A stretch of 61,181 nt of DNA, counting the filler, from an uncultured bacterium (GTDB taxonomy: Bacteria > CAYJOG01), in the NCBI GenBank assembly GCA_964371695.1. It is 11 parts of 11 records of this genome, joined end to end, with 100 filler letters (N's around TTAATTAATTAA, not from the genome) between each part and the next. Parts side by side here need not be neighbours in the genome. Positions count along the whole stretch, not along the records: positions 1 to 5,587 come from CAYJOG010000210.1; positions 5,688 to 11,270 come from CAYJOG010000211.1; 9 more parts are not named here. One strand, 5' to 3'. Shown in pieces: positions 1 through 9,564 of the stretch (positions are counted from its first letter, which is position 1; the number at the start of each line of letters is the position of its first letter). The position numbers and the translations under genes are program-made. Below the pieces are notes generated by a model that had not been told where the DNA came from, searched no databases, and saw only the letters and a list, made by a program, of their open reading frames with translations.

Positions 1-73
1 TTTTTTCCAACTTCCAACATCCGACTTCCTGCCCCCCCCCCCTCTCCACCTGCCATCCTGATACACTGGTGTC

Positions 74-1120
74 ATGACCTTCTTTCTGCGGTGGGCAGGC
101 CGGTTGAGCGCCTTGTTCAGCGTGGTGCTGGTGGTGGTGGGCGTCATGGCCTTTCAGGGTTTTCTCACGCCGCTGCCCCAGTTGCGGGTGTATCAAAACG
201 AAGTGCTGGACGCCGCCGGGCCGCTGGCCCTGGCCAATGTGGAGGCCGAGTTCAAACGTTTCTGGAAACAGTTTCCCCGTGTCTCCACCTTTACCCTGGA
301 CATCAACGAGGTGCAGGCCAACGCCATGTTCCTGCACGCCATCCGTCAGTCTGGCCAACCCATTGAAGGCAGCCGCATGTACATTCGGCCGGGGCGCTTC
401 ACCCTGTTGCTCAAGCTGGCGCCAAGCGCGTTCCAGAAACGCGCCACGCGCCCCCAGCTGCGGGAGATGACGCTGCCTTTTCCCATGGATGGCCTGCGCA
501 CCCGTCCCACCACGCTACGGCTGGGCCTGGGGGTGGCGTTTGATGGTGAAAAGAATCTGGTGCGGCTGAACAATCCCGAACTTTTCATGGGGCGGCTGAA
601 CGTGGGGATGTATTCGGACACCTTCTGGCAAAGCGCCGTGGGGCGGCTGATTTTCCGCATGGCGGCAGAGGCCCTGGGCCTGCCCCAGAAGGCGTGGGAA
701 AAACTGGGCCAGCGGGGGCCGTCTCTGGCGCTTTTGTCTGAACTCATGCAGGACGCCATGAACGACTACCTCCTCAAGATGCGCAAGGACGGCATGATGG
801 AAGTCACCCAGCTCACCCTGCGGGAAAAGAGCCTGACGCTGGTGCTGCAGGCGGGTGAAAAAGCCAAAAAAGAAGTGGCGGAAGTGGACAAGATGCGCCG
901 CGACCCCATGTATTACGGCATGGTGCAGAACCGCCTGAAGGCGGGCGAGTTCAGCGCCGAAGACTGCCGCCTGGGGCGGGAAATGCTCAAAAACCTTCAG
1001 TCAAAGCCTGACATGGAGCTGACCGAAGAAGAGCGCGAAGCCGTGGAGCTGATTCGCAAATGGGCCGAAGACCCGGACTGCGGCGCCCGCAAGCGGGAAC
1101 CTGTCGCGCCGCCGCCGTAG
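74..1120 (+). CDS. Hypothetical protein with N-terminal membrane anchor
   Basis: 348-aa ORF with host-like codon usage and a hydrophobic N-terminus; TG-n-TACACT 6 nt upstream of the ATG; no recognisable family motif. Confidence 0.75.
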   Translation: MTFFLRWAGRLSALFSVVLVVVGVMAFQGFLTPLPQLRVYQNEVLDAAGPLALANVEAEFKRFWKQFPRVSTFTLDINEVQANAMFLHAIRQSGQPIEGSRMYIRPGRFTLLLKLAPSAFQKRATRPQLREMTLPFPMDGLRTRPTTLRLGLGVAFDGEKNLVRLNNPELFMGRLNVGMYSDTFWQSAVGRLIFRMAAEALGLPQKAWEKLGQRGPSLALLSELMQDAMNDYLLKMRKDGMMEVTQLTLREKSLTLVLQAGEKAKKEVAEVDKMRRDPMYYGMVQNRLKAGEFSAEDCRLGREMLKNLQSKPDMELTEEEREAVELIRKWAEDPDCGARKREPVAPPP

Positions 1121-1149
1121 GCAGCATTAAGAAAAAATGCCTCAATGTT

Positions 1150-1343
1150 CCCTCTCCCCATAACGGGGAGAGGGTGGCCGACGCAGTAGGGCAGGCGTCC
1201 CGCCTGCCTGAGCGCGAAGCGCGAAAGCCGGGTGAGGGGTTCAATCTGGGCAAAAAATCCAGAAAAGAATCCGGTTTTTTGCTTCTTGCTAAACCCCTCA
1301 CCTGATGCTTCGCATCACCCTCTCCCCATAACGGGGAGAGGGG
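1150..1343. repeat. Composite REP-like element (CCCTCTCCCC-N-GGGGAGAGGG hairpins with a nested GTAG-type REP)
   Basis: Identical 25-bp hairpin CCCTCTCCCCATAACGGGGAGAGGG at 1150-1174 and 1318-1342; GTAGGGCAGGCGTCCCGCCTGCC at 1186-1208. Confidence 0.8.
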
Positions 1344-1425
1344 GCAAAAGCGGCGGTCTTTCGGCAGACCGCCTCCGGCTATGTCAAGATTAAAGGATAG
1401 CCAAGTCATCTTTCAGGAGCCTGCC

Positions 1426-3219
1426 ATGTCACAGAGTCATCGTTTGCCCCCCGTTTTTTTGCCGCAGGAAGACTGGAACGTGTGGCGCGAAGACTGGAAC
1501 CTGCGGCGTGTGATGCGCCGCCGACTGGGCGAGGCCCACGCCTGGGCCGAGCCGACGCTGGATCACATGGGGGCGCTGTGCGGCGGGTCGGTGGTGCGCC
1601 GAGCCAACATTGTGGACGCCGAGGACCACACGGTGGATCACCACGACCGCTGGGGACAACCCATCGGCCAGGTGCGCCACCATCCCCTCTATCTCGAAAA
1701 CGTGCGGGACGTTTACGGCGCGGGCATTGTGGGCTGGAACCACCATCCGCCCCACCAGCAGACGGGGCAGAAAGCCAGCATGCACCTGATTCTGGGCTGG
1801 GGTTATCTCACCGGTGGGGCGGACATTGGTCTGGCGTGCCCCATCTGCATGACCCACGGGGCGCTGTGGCTGCTGGAGCGTTATGGCAGCGAAGCGCTGA
1901 AGGAACAATTCATTCCCGGCCTCACCAGTCTGAACCCGGAAACCCTGCAAACAGGCGGCATGTTGCTCACCGAGATCACCGGTGGCAGCGACCTGGGCAC
2001 ACTGCGCACCGTGGCCACGCCCGCGCCGGGCGGCCCGGCGGGTCTGGAACGCTGGACGCTCACGGGCGAAAAATGGTTTTCCAGCAACGCGGGGGGCGAC
2101 GTGTTCATGGTGTTGGCCCGGCCCGACGGTGCGGCGGCGGGCACCCGTGGCCTGGGGCTTTTCCTGATGCCCAAATATCTGCCGGACGGCAGCCACAACC
2201 GGTTCATCATCCGCCGCCTCAAAAACAAGATTGGCACCCGCAATGTGCCCACCGGCGAAATGCTGCTGGAAGGCGCCGAGGCGTATCTGGTGGGCGAGGT
2301 GAACAAGGGCATTCATTACATGATGGACATGGTGAACCTGTCGCGGCTTTACAACGCGGTGGGGTCCATTGGCCTGATGGGGCGGGTATTTCTGGAATCG
2401 GTGCGTTACGCCGAAAAACGCGAAGCCTTTGGCAAGCGGCTGGAGGAACAGCCCCTGTGTCAAGGGCAACTCACCGACTTGGCCGTGGAATGGATTGCCA
2501 GCACGGCTCTCACGTTTGAGGCGGTGGACGCCTTTGAGCGCCTGAACGAAGGCGACGAAAGCGTGTGGCCCCTGCTGCGCATTTTTACCCCCATGGCCAA
2601 ATATCACACCGGCGAATGGGCCTGCCACTTTGCCCGCGAGGCGGCGGTGGTGTATGGCGGCAACGCCACAGCAGAGGAGTTCGGCGTCGCCCGTTTTTAC
2701 CGCGACGCGCTGATTCTGCCCATTTGGGAAGGCACCGCGAACATCCAGTGTCTGGACGCCCTGCGGGCCATGGCCAAGGAAGATTCGTTGTCTCACCTCA
2801 TGGCCCTGATGACCCAAAAACTGGACAGCCTCACCGACCCGGACGCCGCACTGCTGAAAGCCGCGCTCCTGACGGCCAAGGGGCAACTGGAAAAACAGTT
2901 CGCCGCCTGGAGCGCCCTGCCCAAAGAAGTGCTGGTGCTCAACACGCGGCGCATGATGGACAGGATGATCCGCTGGGTGCAGGGGGTGTTGCTGCTGGAG
3001 GAAGCCTGTTGGGAAAAGGAACACCTGGGGGCCTGGAACAAGTTTCTGGTGGCGCTCAGGTTCTGGCAGTTGCATCTGTCTGGTCAGGACATCCTGCTGA
3101 GTGGCGACCGTTTTGCCCTGGACTGGTTTGCCGCCGTGGTGAAAGGTGAGCCGGTGGAGGCGGAAAAAGTGCGCGAGACCATGGAGGCCGCCCTGGGGGC
3201 TGTGGTGCTCGGCGTCTGA
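1426..3219 (+). CDS. Acyl-CoA dehydrogenase, AidB-like
   Basis: CPICMTHGA, LTEITGGSDLG, LTGEKWFSSN, RLKNKIGTRNVPTGE, IWEGTANIQCLD motifs; CAGGAG RBS before ATG 1426. Confidence 0.9.
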   Translation: MSQSHRLPPVFLPQEDWNVWREDWNLRRVMRRRLGEAHAWAEPTLDHMGALCGGSVVRRANIVDAEDHTVDHHDRWGQPIGQVRHHPLYLENVRDVYGAGIVGWNHHPPHQQTGQKASMHLILGWGYLTGGADIGLACPICMTHGALWLLERYGSEALKEQFIPGLTSLNPETLQTGGMLLTEITGGSDLGTLRTVATPAPGGPAGLERWTLTGEKWFSSNAGGDVFMVLARPDGAAAGTRGLGLFLMPKYLPDGSHNRFIIRRLKNKIGTRNVPTGEMLLEGAEAYLVGEVNKGIHYMMDMVNLSRLYNAVGSIGLMGRVFLESVRYAEKREAFGKRLEEQPLCQGQLTDLAVEWIASTALTFEAVDAFERLNEGDESVWPLLRIFTPMAKYHTGEWACHFAREAAVVYGGNATAEEFGVARFYRDALILPIWEGTANIQCLDALRAMAKEDSLSHLMALMTQKLDSLTDPDAALLKAALLTAKGQLEKQFAAWSALPKEVLVLNTRRMMDRMIRWVQGVLLLEEACWEKEHLGAWNKFLVALRFWQLHLSGQDILLSGDRFALDWFAAVVKGEPVEAEKVRETMEAALGAVVLGV

Positions 3220-3270
3220 AATCGGGCGGGAAGCCATTTTTATGCGGGTTTTTTGATCTGACGGATTACC

Positions 3271-4683
3271 ATGACCCAGTTGCTCGTCAAACGTGCAGAC
3301 ATCAAGACCGGCTGGAGCTGCAACTGCAACTGCCTGTTCTGCGTGGTGGGGGATTACCTCTTCACCGGCGACCGCAGCACGCAGGAGGTGCTGAAGGAAC
3401 TGGTACACGCCCGCAAAACCAGCAACGGCGTGGTGTTTACCGGCGGCGAGCCCACCATGCGCAAGGATTTTCTGGACCTCGTGCGTTTTGCCAAAAAACT
3501 GCGTTATGACGTGATTCAGGTGCAGACCAACGGGCGCATGTACGCCTATGAAGATTTTGTGGACGGCTGCATTGAGGCGGGCGTGACGGAGTTCTCCCCC
3601 GCCATACATGGACACACCGCCAAACTGCACGACGGCTTGGTGCGCCAGCCCGGCGCGTTTGACCAGATCGTGGCGGGCATCCGCCACCTGCGCCAGCGCA
3701 ACCAGCGCATCGTCACCAACACCGTGGTGAACCGGGCCAACATGAAACACCTCAAGGCCCTGGCGGCGATGTTGTGCGATCTGGAGGTCAACCAGTTTCA
3801 GTTGGCGTTCATTCACCCCCAGGGCCACGTGCAGAAATATTTCCAGCAGATGGTGCCGCCAATTTCCAAAGCAGCGCCTTTTGTGCATGAGGCGCTTCTG
3901 GAGGGCGAGCGGCGGGGCGTGGCCTGCATGGCCGAGGCCATGCCCTATTGCCACATGCAGGGTTACGAACGTTTTGTGAGCGAGCTGTATATCCCCCCCA
4001 CCGAAATCCACTTTGAAGACCTCAAGATGGACGACTACAAGGCCAACCGCATCGCCATGGGCAAGTTGCGTTTTGAGCAGTGCCGCCAGTGCCGGTGGGA
4101 GGCCATCTGCGAAGGCCCCTGGCGGGAATATCCCGAACGCATGGGGTCTGAGGAGTTTGTACCTGTGCCGGGGCCAAAGATTCTCACCGAACAACTGGTG
4201 ATGGAGGGGGTGTTCACCCGGCTGGGTGAGCTTGCCCCGGACTTTGCCCTGGCCGACGCCACGGGCCGGTTGCGTCAGCGCAGCGAGTTTCTGGGCAAAC
4301 CCCTGGTGGTCTATTTTTACCCCGAAGACGAATCACCGGGCTGCACCCTTCAGGCCTGCGGCCTGCGCGACAGTTACGCCGAAATCCAGGCCTTGGGCGC
4401 GGGTCTGTTGGGCGTCAGCCCCGACCCGCCCGAAAGCCACGCCCGTTTTCAGGCCAACCACGGCCTGCCCTTCACCCTGCTGAGCGACCCTGGCGGCCGG
4501 GTGGCGGATGCTCACGGCCTGTGGCGGCAGGGTTTGCGCCGGGGCACAGTAATACTGGATGAAAATGGCCGCTGGCTGCACTGGACGGCAGACGAATCTC
4601 CGGCGGGCCACGCCCAGCGGGTGCTGGGAATCCTGAACCGCCTGGGGGTGGGGCAGGGGACAGGCGTGTTGAGTGGCGTTTGA
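3271..4683 (+). CDS. Radical SAM protein (HxsC4-like) fused to a C-terminal BCP/PrxQ peroxiredoxin domain
   Basis: CNCNCLFC (CxxxCxxC), FTGGEPT, QTNGR, C-terminal CRQCRWEAICEG cluster; then APDFAL...VYFYPEDESPGCTLQAC...GVSPD...LPFTLLSD. Confidence 0.85.
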   Translation: MTQLLVKRADIKTGWSCNCNCLFCVVGDYLFTGDRSTQEVLKELVHARKTSNGVVFTGGEPTMRKDFLDLVRFAKKLRYDVIQVQTNGRMYAYEDFVDGCIEAGVTEFSPAIHGHTAKLHDGLVRQPGAFDQIVAGIRHLRQRNQRIVTNTVVNRANMKHLKALAAMLCDLEVNQFQLAFIHPQGHVQKYFQQMVPPISKAAPFVHEALLEGERRGVACMAEAMPYCHMQGYERFVSELYIPPTEIHFEDLKMDDYKANRIAMGKLRFEQCRQCRWEAICEGPWREYPERMGSEEFVPVPGPKILTEQLVMEGVFTRLGELAPDFALADATGRLRQRSEFLGKPLVVYFYPEDESPGCTLQACGLRDSYAEIQALGAGLLGVSPDPPESHARFQANHGLPFTLLSDPGGRVADAHGLWRQGLRRGTVILDENGRWLHWTADESPAGHAQRVLGILNRLGVGQGTGVLSGV

Positions 4684-4730
4684 ATCTCCCCCCGTTTGCC
4701 CCCCTCTGTTCCCCCGCCTATGATGCCGCC

Positions 4731-5024
4731 ATGCCCGTGAGAAACGCCTATGAGGCTGGTGTGCTGCTGCACGCCATAGAGGTGGAAACCCTGCTGCCCG
4801 GCGGCGAGGTGCGCCTGTTGCTGCACGTAGAAAACACCACGACGGCCTGGGTGCCGGTGGTGCGGGCCAAGCTGGACCTGACCGACGCCATGGGTTATCC
4901 CGCAGGCTCGGCGGCGGGCAGTCTGGCGCGTCTGGCCCCTGGCACCCGCGAGCAGTTGCGCGCCTATGGCAAGCTGGCGCGGCCCGGCCTGTTCACCACC
5001 CGTGTGGAGATGTGGGCCGCATGA
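4731..5024 (+). CDS. Small hypothetical protein (beta-sandwich / FxLYD-like)
   Basis: TATGAT 6 nt before ATG 4731; stop overlaps the next start (ATGA). Confidence 0.55.
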   Translation: MPVRNAYEAGVLLHAIEVETLLPGGEVRLLLHVENTTTAWVPVVRAKLDLTDAMGYPAGSAAGSLARLAPGTREQLRAYGKLARPGLFTTRVEMWAA

Positions 5025-5587
5025 ATACCGAAGACCTGATCGAACATCACATTCAGAGCCTGGACGCCTACAACAAGGGCCGCCGGTCGCTCTCTCGCGA
5101 AGAAATCGGCGAGGCGCTTTTTCACTTTGAGCGCGCCCTGGATATTTTTCCCGACCGGATGCTGGTGGAGCCGCAACTGGACCGCCAGACCCGGCTTTCG
5201 ATGCAGCAACTGAAGGCCAACATCCTTTCGCACATCGAACTGGTGCGCGAAACGTATCCGGGTGTTTCGCCCAAATCACCAGAGGGCTGGGCCGCCCCCG
5301 AGCCCCCGCCTGCGCTGGTGGCGGAAACCTTTTCGCCTGACGAAACTTATGAAGAAGGGGACGCGCCCTTTGAAGAAGAAACTCCCGCAGCAGATTTTGC
5401 GGCAGAGGAAGAACCCCTGATCGAAGAGCCGGTGGCCGTGGACTTCATGCCTGAAGCCGCCGCCGAAACAGAAGCCCTGCTGGACGAAATCTCTGGGGCC
5501 GACGAGGACATCGGCGCGCTGCTGGCCCCGGAGGAACCACCCCCGGTGCAGGAGCCGGTGCTGGAGGGGGATGAGTCGGGCCTGTCC
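5021..5587 (+). CDS. Hypothetical protein, TPR-like N-terminus and acidic low-complexity tail (truncated by contig end)
   Basis: AYNKG...EALFHFERALDIFP TPR-like helix pair; E/P/A-rich tail. Confidence 0.6.
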
Positions 5588-5687
5588 NNNNNNNNNNNNN
5601 NNNNNNNNNNNNNNNNNNNNNNNNNNNNNNNTTAATTAATTAANNNNNNNNNNNNNNNNNNNNNNNNNNNNNNNNNNNNNNNNNNNN
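5588..5687. other. Artificial contig spacer; same spacer at 11271-11370, 16948-17047, 22623-22722, 28185-28284, 33728-33827, 39254-39353, 44747-44846, 50238-50337, 55724-55823
   Basis: 100-nt N runs with a central TTAATTAATTAA (stops in all six frames) every ~5.5 kb; ORFs are cut at each one. Confidence 0.97.
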
Positions 5688-6411
5688 CGCCCAGCACAGA
5701 GGCGGGGGCCAGCCGCGTAATCAGGATCATCACCAGCGCCACCACCACAAAACCCCCCAGGCCCTCATATTCCTTGTTGCCCTTCACCTGTTCCCACGAA
5801 AAAGGCTTGCTGGGGGCCAGCCCCTGGGCGGGCAGCGGATGGGGCAAAAACCGTGGCACCTTGTCGAAAAAGGGTTTGTATTCACTGGGAAAATGGGCCA
5901 ACAGGTAGTTTTCTTCAGACCGGATGGTGACCCAGTAGATGGTGGGGAAAAACAGGACAAAAGCCACGGCCATGAGGGGCTGGGCGCTGGCCACCGTCAG
6001 ACCCAGGAACAGCAGGAAGCTGCCCGCGACGACCGCCGTGACTGCCAGGAGCGCGCCCACGGCCCCCACCGAGTAGCCCACCACGAGACCCGGCCGTCGG
6101 CCGCGGCGCGCCATGAGCCCGGCGAGCGACGCAGACCCGGCCGCCGAGCCCNNNNNNNNNNCCGTCAGACCCAGGAACAGCAGGAAGCTGCCCAGATAAA
6201 GCGGGTTGCGCAGGTGGGCATAGGGGCCGGTGGTACACACCACCTGATCTTTGTATAAACAGCCCGCCGCCCACACCCGCACGGCCACACCCACGCCTGC
6301 CACGGCAAACCCCGCCAGTTGCCAGGGGATGTCTCGCCGGGCCGCCACCAGCACCAGCACGGTGAACAGGTGCCCCAGCAGCACCCGTTTGCGCACAATC
6401 CATTTTTTCAC
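5688..6411 (-). CDS. Isoprenylcysteine carboxyl methyltransferase / PEMT family membrane protein (contains a mis-assembled insert)
   Basis: VRVWAAG, TTGPYAHLRNPLYLGS, EENYL, VPRFLP motifs. Confidence 0.85.
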
Positions 6412-6466
6412 TGGCCGAGTGTAGTGCCTTGAAGCCGCCTCATAAAAGGTTCCCGAACTGCTGTCT

Positions 6467-6616
6467 GGTTGTTGAGAAAGTCCCTCCTGGACTTCCTCAA
6501 CCTGTTTTGCTCAGGCAAAGCCCTCGCAAACCAGCGCTTTTATTGGGGTGTAAAAAACCCCAATAAGCGGAAAATCCATCCGTGGATTTTGCAGGGTGTC
6601 TATCAACACCCTGCTA
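6467..6616. mobile_element. MITE-like modular hairpin element
   Basis: Stacked hairpins AAGTCCCTCCTGGACTT, TTTTGC..GGCAAAGCCC.CGCAAA, AAAATCCATCCGTGGATTTT, GCAGGGTGT..ACACCCTGC; modules shared with 41524-41791. Confidence 0.6.
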
Positions 6617-6626
6617 CAATTCGCCC

Positions 6627-7694
6627 GTGCCTGCTTATGACATTGACGACCTGCTGAAAGAGGCGGTCGGCAAACGCGCCAGTGACATTCACCTGTCCTG
6701 CGGCCTGCCGCCCGTTTATCGCGTCGACGGACGGCTGATCGCCACCGAATATGACCGCCTTGCGCCCAAAGACACGCAGTTGCTGGTCTATTCCATGCTC
6801 ACCGACAAACAGAAGCAGCGGTTTGAAGAAAACTTTGAACTGGACCTGAGTTATGGCGTGCAGGGGGCCGGGCGGTTTCGTGTGAACGTGTTTTTGCAGC
6901 GGGGCGTGGTGGGCTGTGTGATGCGGGCGATTCCGTCCAAAATCCCCACCCTCAAAGAGCTGGGCACCCCCACCATTCTGGCGGAACTCACCAAAAAGCC
7001 CCGTGGCCTGATTCTGGTCACCGGCCCCACGGGCAGCGGCAAGTCCACCACCATCGCCGCGATGATCGACCAGATCAACACCTCCCGCGACGCGCACATC
7101 ATGACCATCGAAGACCCCATCGAATACCTGCACCGCCACAAAAAATCCCTCATCAACCAGCGGGAACTGCTGCTGGACACCCTGAGTTTCAAGGCGGCCC
7201 TGCGCAGCGCCCTGCGCGAAGACCCCGACGTGATTCTGGTGGGCGAAATGCGCGACCTGGAAACCATCGAAGCGGCCATCACCATCGCCGAAACGGGCCA
7301 CCTTGTGTTCGCCACCCTGCACACCAATTCGTGCTCTGGCGCGGTGGACCGCATGGTGGACGTGTTTCCGCCCCATCAGCAGACACAGATCCGCACCATG
7401 CTCAGCAACAACCTGGAGGCCATCGTGGCCCAGCAGCTCATTCCCAAATCCCAGGGCAAGGGGCGTGTGCCCGCCGTGGAAATCATGATCTGCACCAGCG
7501 GCATCCGAAACCTCATCCGCGAGGCCAAGGCCCATCAGATTGATGCGGCCATCCAGACCGGTGCAAAAGAGGGCATGCAGACCATGGACATGGCCCTGCG
7601 GGACCTGTACCTCGCCGGGCAGGTGTCGCTGGCCGAGGCCCGCAAACGCACCTTCAACCCGGAGGAGTTCGAGAAGCTCGTGCAGGGCAGGTAA
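6627..7694 (+). CDS. pilT: Type IV pilus retraction ATPase PilT
   Basis: ASDIHL, Walker A GPTGSGKST, TIEDPIE, ALREDPDVILVGEMRD, ETGHLVFATLH, GIRNLIRE, GMQTMD. Confidence 0.95.
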   Translation: MPAYDIDDLLKEAVGKRASDIHLSCGLPPVYRVDGRLIATEYDRLAPKDTQLLVYSMLTDKQKQRFEENFELDLSYGVQGAGRFRVNVFLQRGVVGCVMRAIPSKIPTLKELGTPTILAELTKKPRGLILVTGPTGSGKSTTIAAMIDQINTSRDAHIMTIEDPIEYLHRHKKSLINQRELLLDTLSFKAALRSALREDPDVILVGEMRDLETIEAAITIAETGHLVFATLHTNSCSGAVDRMVDVFPPHQQTQIRTMLSNNLEAIVAQQLIPKSQGKGRVPAVEIMICTSGIRNLIREAKAHQIDAAIQTGAKEGMQTMDMALRDLYLAGQVSLAEARKRTFNPEEFEKLVQGR

Positions 7695-7710
7695 TCACCC
7701 ACTTTTTGGA

Positions 7711-7790
7711 GTAGGCGCGGTGTCCGCACCGCGCACAAAACAAAAAACGTGGTGTTTTGCCATACACGGCGGTGGAAACACCGCCGCTAC
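7711..7790. repeat. REPIN-like doublet of inverted GTAG-type REPs
   Basis: GTAGGCGCGGTGTCCGCACCGCGC...CGGCGGTGGAAACACCGCCGCTAC; reverse-complement homologue at 26854-26937. Confidence 0.8.
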
Positions 7791-8794
7791 GCCGGGTTTT
7801 CTGAATTTCCCTCTTTCCGGTTTTTCATCAGCGACGCGATCACACTCAAGGCCAGCACACCCACAATCACGCCCAGTGAAACCACGATGGGCACCTGCAC
7901 CCAGTGGTGCACCAGCATTTTCAGGCCCACAAACACCAGCACCACGGCAATGCCGATTTGCAGGTAATGGAACTTGTCCGCCACGCCCGCCAGCAGAAAA
8001 TAAAGCGAGCGCAGGCCCAGGATGGCGAACACGTTGCTGGTGTAAAGAATGTAGGGGTCCTTGGACACGCCGAACACGGCGGGGATGGAATCGAGCGCAA
8101 ACACCACGTCGGTGAACTCCACCACCAGCAGCACCAGAAAAAGGGGCGTGAACAGGCGTTTGCCGTCTATCTTCACCACAAAACGGTCGCCGTGCATGTC
8201 GCGGGAAAGAGGCAAAAATCGGCTGCCCAGCTTGAGGATGGGGTTCTGGGCAGGGTCCATTTCTTCTTCCTTTTCCATGCCCATGCGCACACCCGTGTAA
8301 ACCAGAAACGCCCCGAAGAAATAAAGCAGCCACTGAAACCGCGCCACCAGCGCCGCGCCCACCAGAATAAAAATACCCCGCAGCAGCAGCGCCCCCACAA
8401 TGCCCATATAAAGCACCCGGCGCTGATAACGCGGGGGAATCTTGAAATAAGAAAAAATCAGCACAAAGACAAAAAGGTTGTCCACGCTCAGGGACTTTTC
8501 CACGAGGTAGGCGGTGAAAAACTCCAGGGCCGGTTCGCCGCCCTTTTGGGCATACACCACCCCCACCATGCACAGGCCCAGCACCTCCCACACCACACAC
8601 CAGGCGGCAGCCTGACGCAGGGTGGGGTCACCCGCCTTGCGCTGCAGCAGCCCCAGGTCCAGCGCCAGCATGAGCAGCACAAACAGGTTGAACACGGCAA
8701 AGGCGACGAGGTCCTTGCCAAAAGGGGCCACCAGCAGGTGCAGAATGTTTTTCAGGCTGAAGGCGTCCAGCCCCGCCAGCATCAGGTCAGGCAT
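7787..8794 (-). CDS. TerC/Alx family integral membrane protein
   Basis: EFFTAYLVEKSLSVDNLFVF, DVVFALDSIPAVFG, SNVFAILGLRSLYF. Confidence 0.93.
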   Translation of the reverse strand: MPDLMLAGLDAFSLKNILHLLVAPFGKDLVAFAVFNLFVLLMLALDLGLLQRKAGDPTLRQAAAWCVVWEVLGLCMVGVVYAQKGGEPALEFFTAYLVEKSLSVDNLFVFVLIFSYFKIPPRYQRRVLYMGIVGALLLRGIFILVGAALVARFQWLLYFFGAFLVYTGVRMGMEKEEEMDPAQNPILKLGSRFLPLSRDMHGDRFVVKIDGKRLFTPLFLVLLVVEFTDVVFALDSIPAVFGVSKDPYILYTSNVFAILGLRSLYFLLAGVADKFHYLQIGIAVVLVFVGLKMLVHHWVQVPIVVSLGVIVGVLALSVIASLMKNRKEGNSENPA

Positions 8795-8886
8795 CCGCGC
8801 ATGATGCCAGAGGCAGCGATGTTGTCCAATTATTGGACCAGTACCGTTAATATGCCTTGGCACATTCCTCTTTGCCAGGAGACACC

Positions 8887-9402
8887 ATGAAAACTTTTAT
8901 TCCCCTTCGCCGCACACTGATCACCTGCGCCGCCCTGTTGGCGGCAATTGCTCTGCCAATGACGGCCCCCACGGCCCAGGCGGCCAAAAAGGCAGCGCCC
9001 AAAGCGGCGGCCAAGGCGAAAAAACCTGCGCCCCCACCCACACCCGCCTGTCTGATGGCCATGCCCCATTTGGTGGACCCGGCGGCGGACATGCCCATGG
9101 GGCATGGCATGGGAATGGGCATGGGCGGCGGCATGGGGATGGGTCACCACCGGGGCCTGTGGCGCGACAAAGGCGCACAAAGCCTGTGTCAGCATTTGGT
9201 GGACGCACAAAAAACCTGCCCGAAGGGCAAGACCTGCCCCGCCTTTGACATGGCCCGGCGCGAGACCCTGGACCGCATGATTGAAATGTTCAAACGCCGC
9301 CTGCAGGCCATGCACGCCAAAGACCCGGCCCGCAAGATGATGGAAGAACACCTGCGCTGGATGCAGCAGCAGAAAAACCCGATTCCCAAGGGGTTGAAAT
9401 AG
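8887..9402 (+). CDS. Secreted hypothetical protein with a Met/Gly/His-rich segment
   Basis: AGGAG RBS, signal peptide, MPMGHGMGMGMGGGMGMGHH tract, several Cys. Confidence 0.7.
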   Translation: MKTFIPLRRTLITCAALLAAIALPMTAPTAQAAKKAAPKAAAKAKKPAPPPTPACLMAMPHLVDPAADMPMGHGMGMGMGGGMGMGHHRGLWRDKGAQSLCQHLVDAQKTCPKGKTCPAFDMARRETLDRMIEMFKRRLQAMHAKDPARKMMEEHLRWMQQQKNPIPKGLK

Positions 9403-9408
9403 CCACCC

Positions 9409-9537
9409 GTCATTCCCGCGAAAGCGGGAATCCCGTAAAACATAAACAACCACCCCAACCCTCTCCCCCACTGGGGAGAGGAAAATAAGGTGGTTTTTTG
9501 CTTTTTTTTTTTACACAGGCAAGATGCCTGCGCCACC
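9409..9537. repeat. Cluster of three REP-like repeat types between convergent genes
   Basis: GTCATTCCCGCGAAAGCGGGAATCC; CCCTCTCCCC..GGGGAGAGG; CAGGCAAGATGCCTGCGCCACC. Confidence 0.75.
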
Positions 9538-9564
9538 AAGGACCACAGGCGCAACGCTGCTCTT

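Noticed and set aside
7-30. Short heptamer tandem repeats (also ~27128, ~32882, ~49982)
   Set aside because: Only 2-3 degenerate units each and no associated gene visible; too weak to call.
1429-4194. 921-aa minus-strand ORF and other long antisense ORFs (e.g. 20394-22259, 31333-32730, 56464-57858)
   Set aside because: Shadow frames of GC-rich genes on the opposite strand; no motifs.
5994-6193. Apparent insertion in the methyltransferase gene flanked by a 32-bp direct repeat (5994-6025, 6162-6193)
   Set aside because: The insert (6026-6151) is very GC-rich, translates as an MFS-transporter-like fragment and abuts a 10-N gap. Removing it restores a normal gene, so it is most likely a k-mer mis-join with foreign reads.
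8795-8886. yybP-ykoY riboswitch expected upstream of terC
   Set aside because: Intergenic region is short and lacks the motif; the gene appears leaderless.
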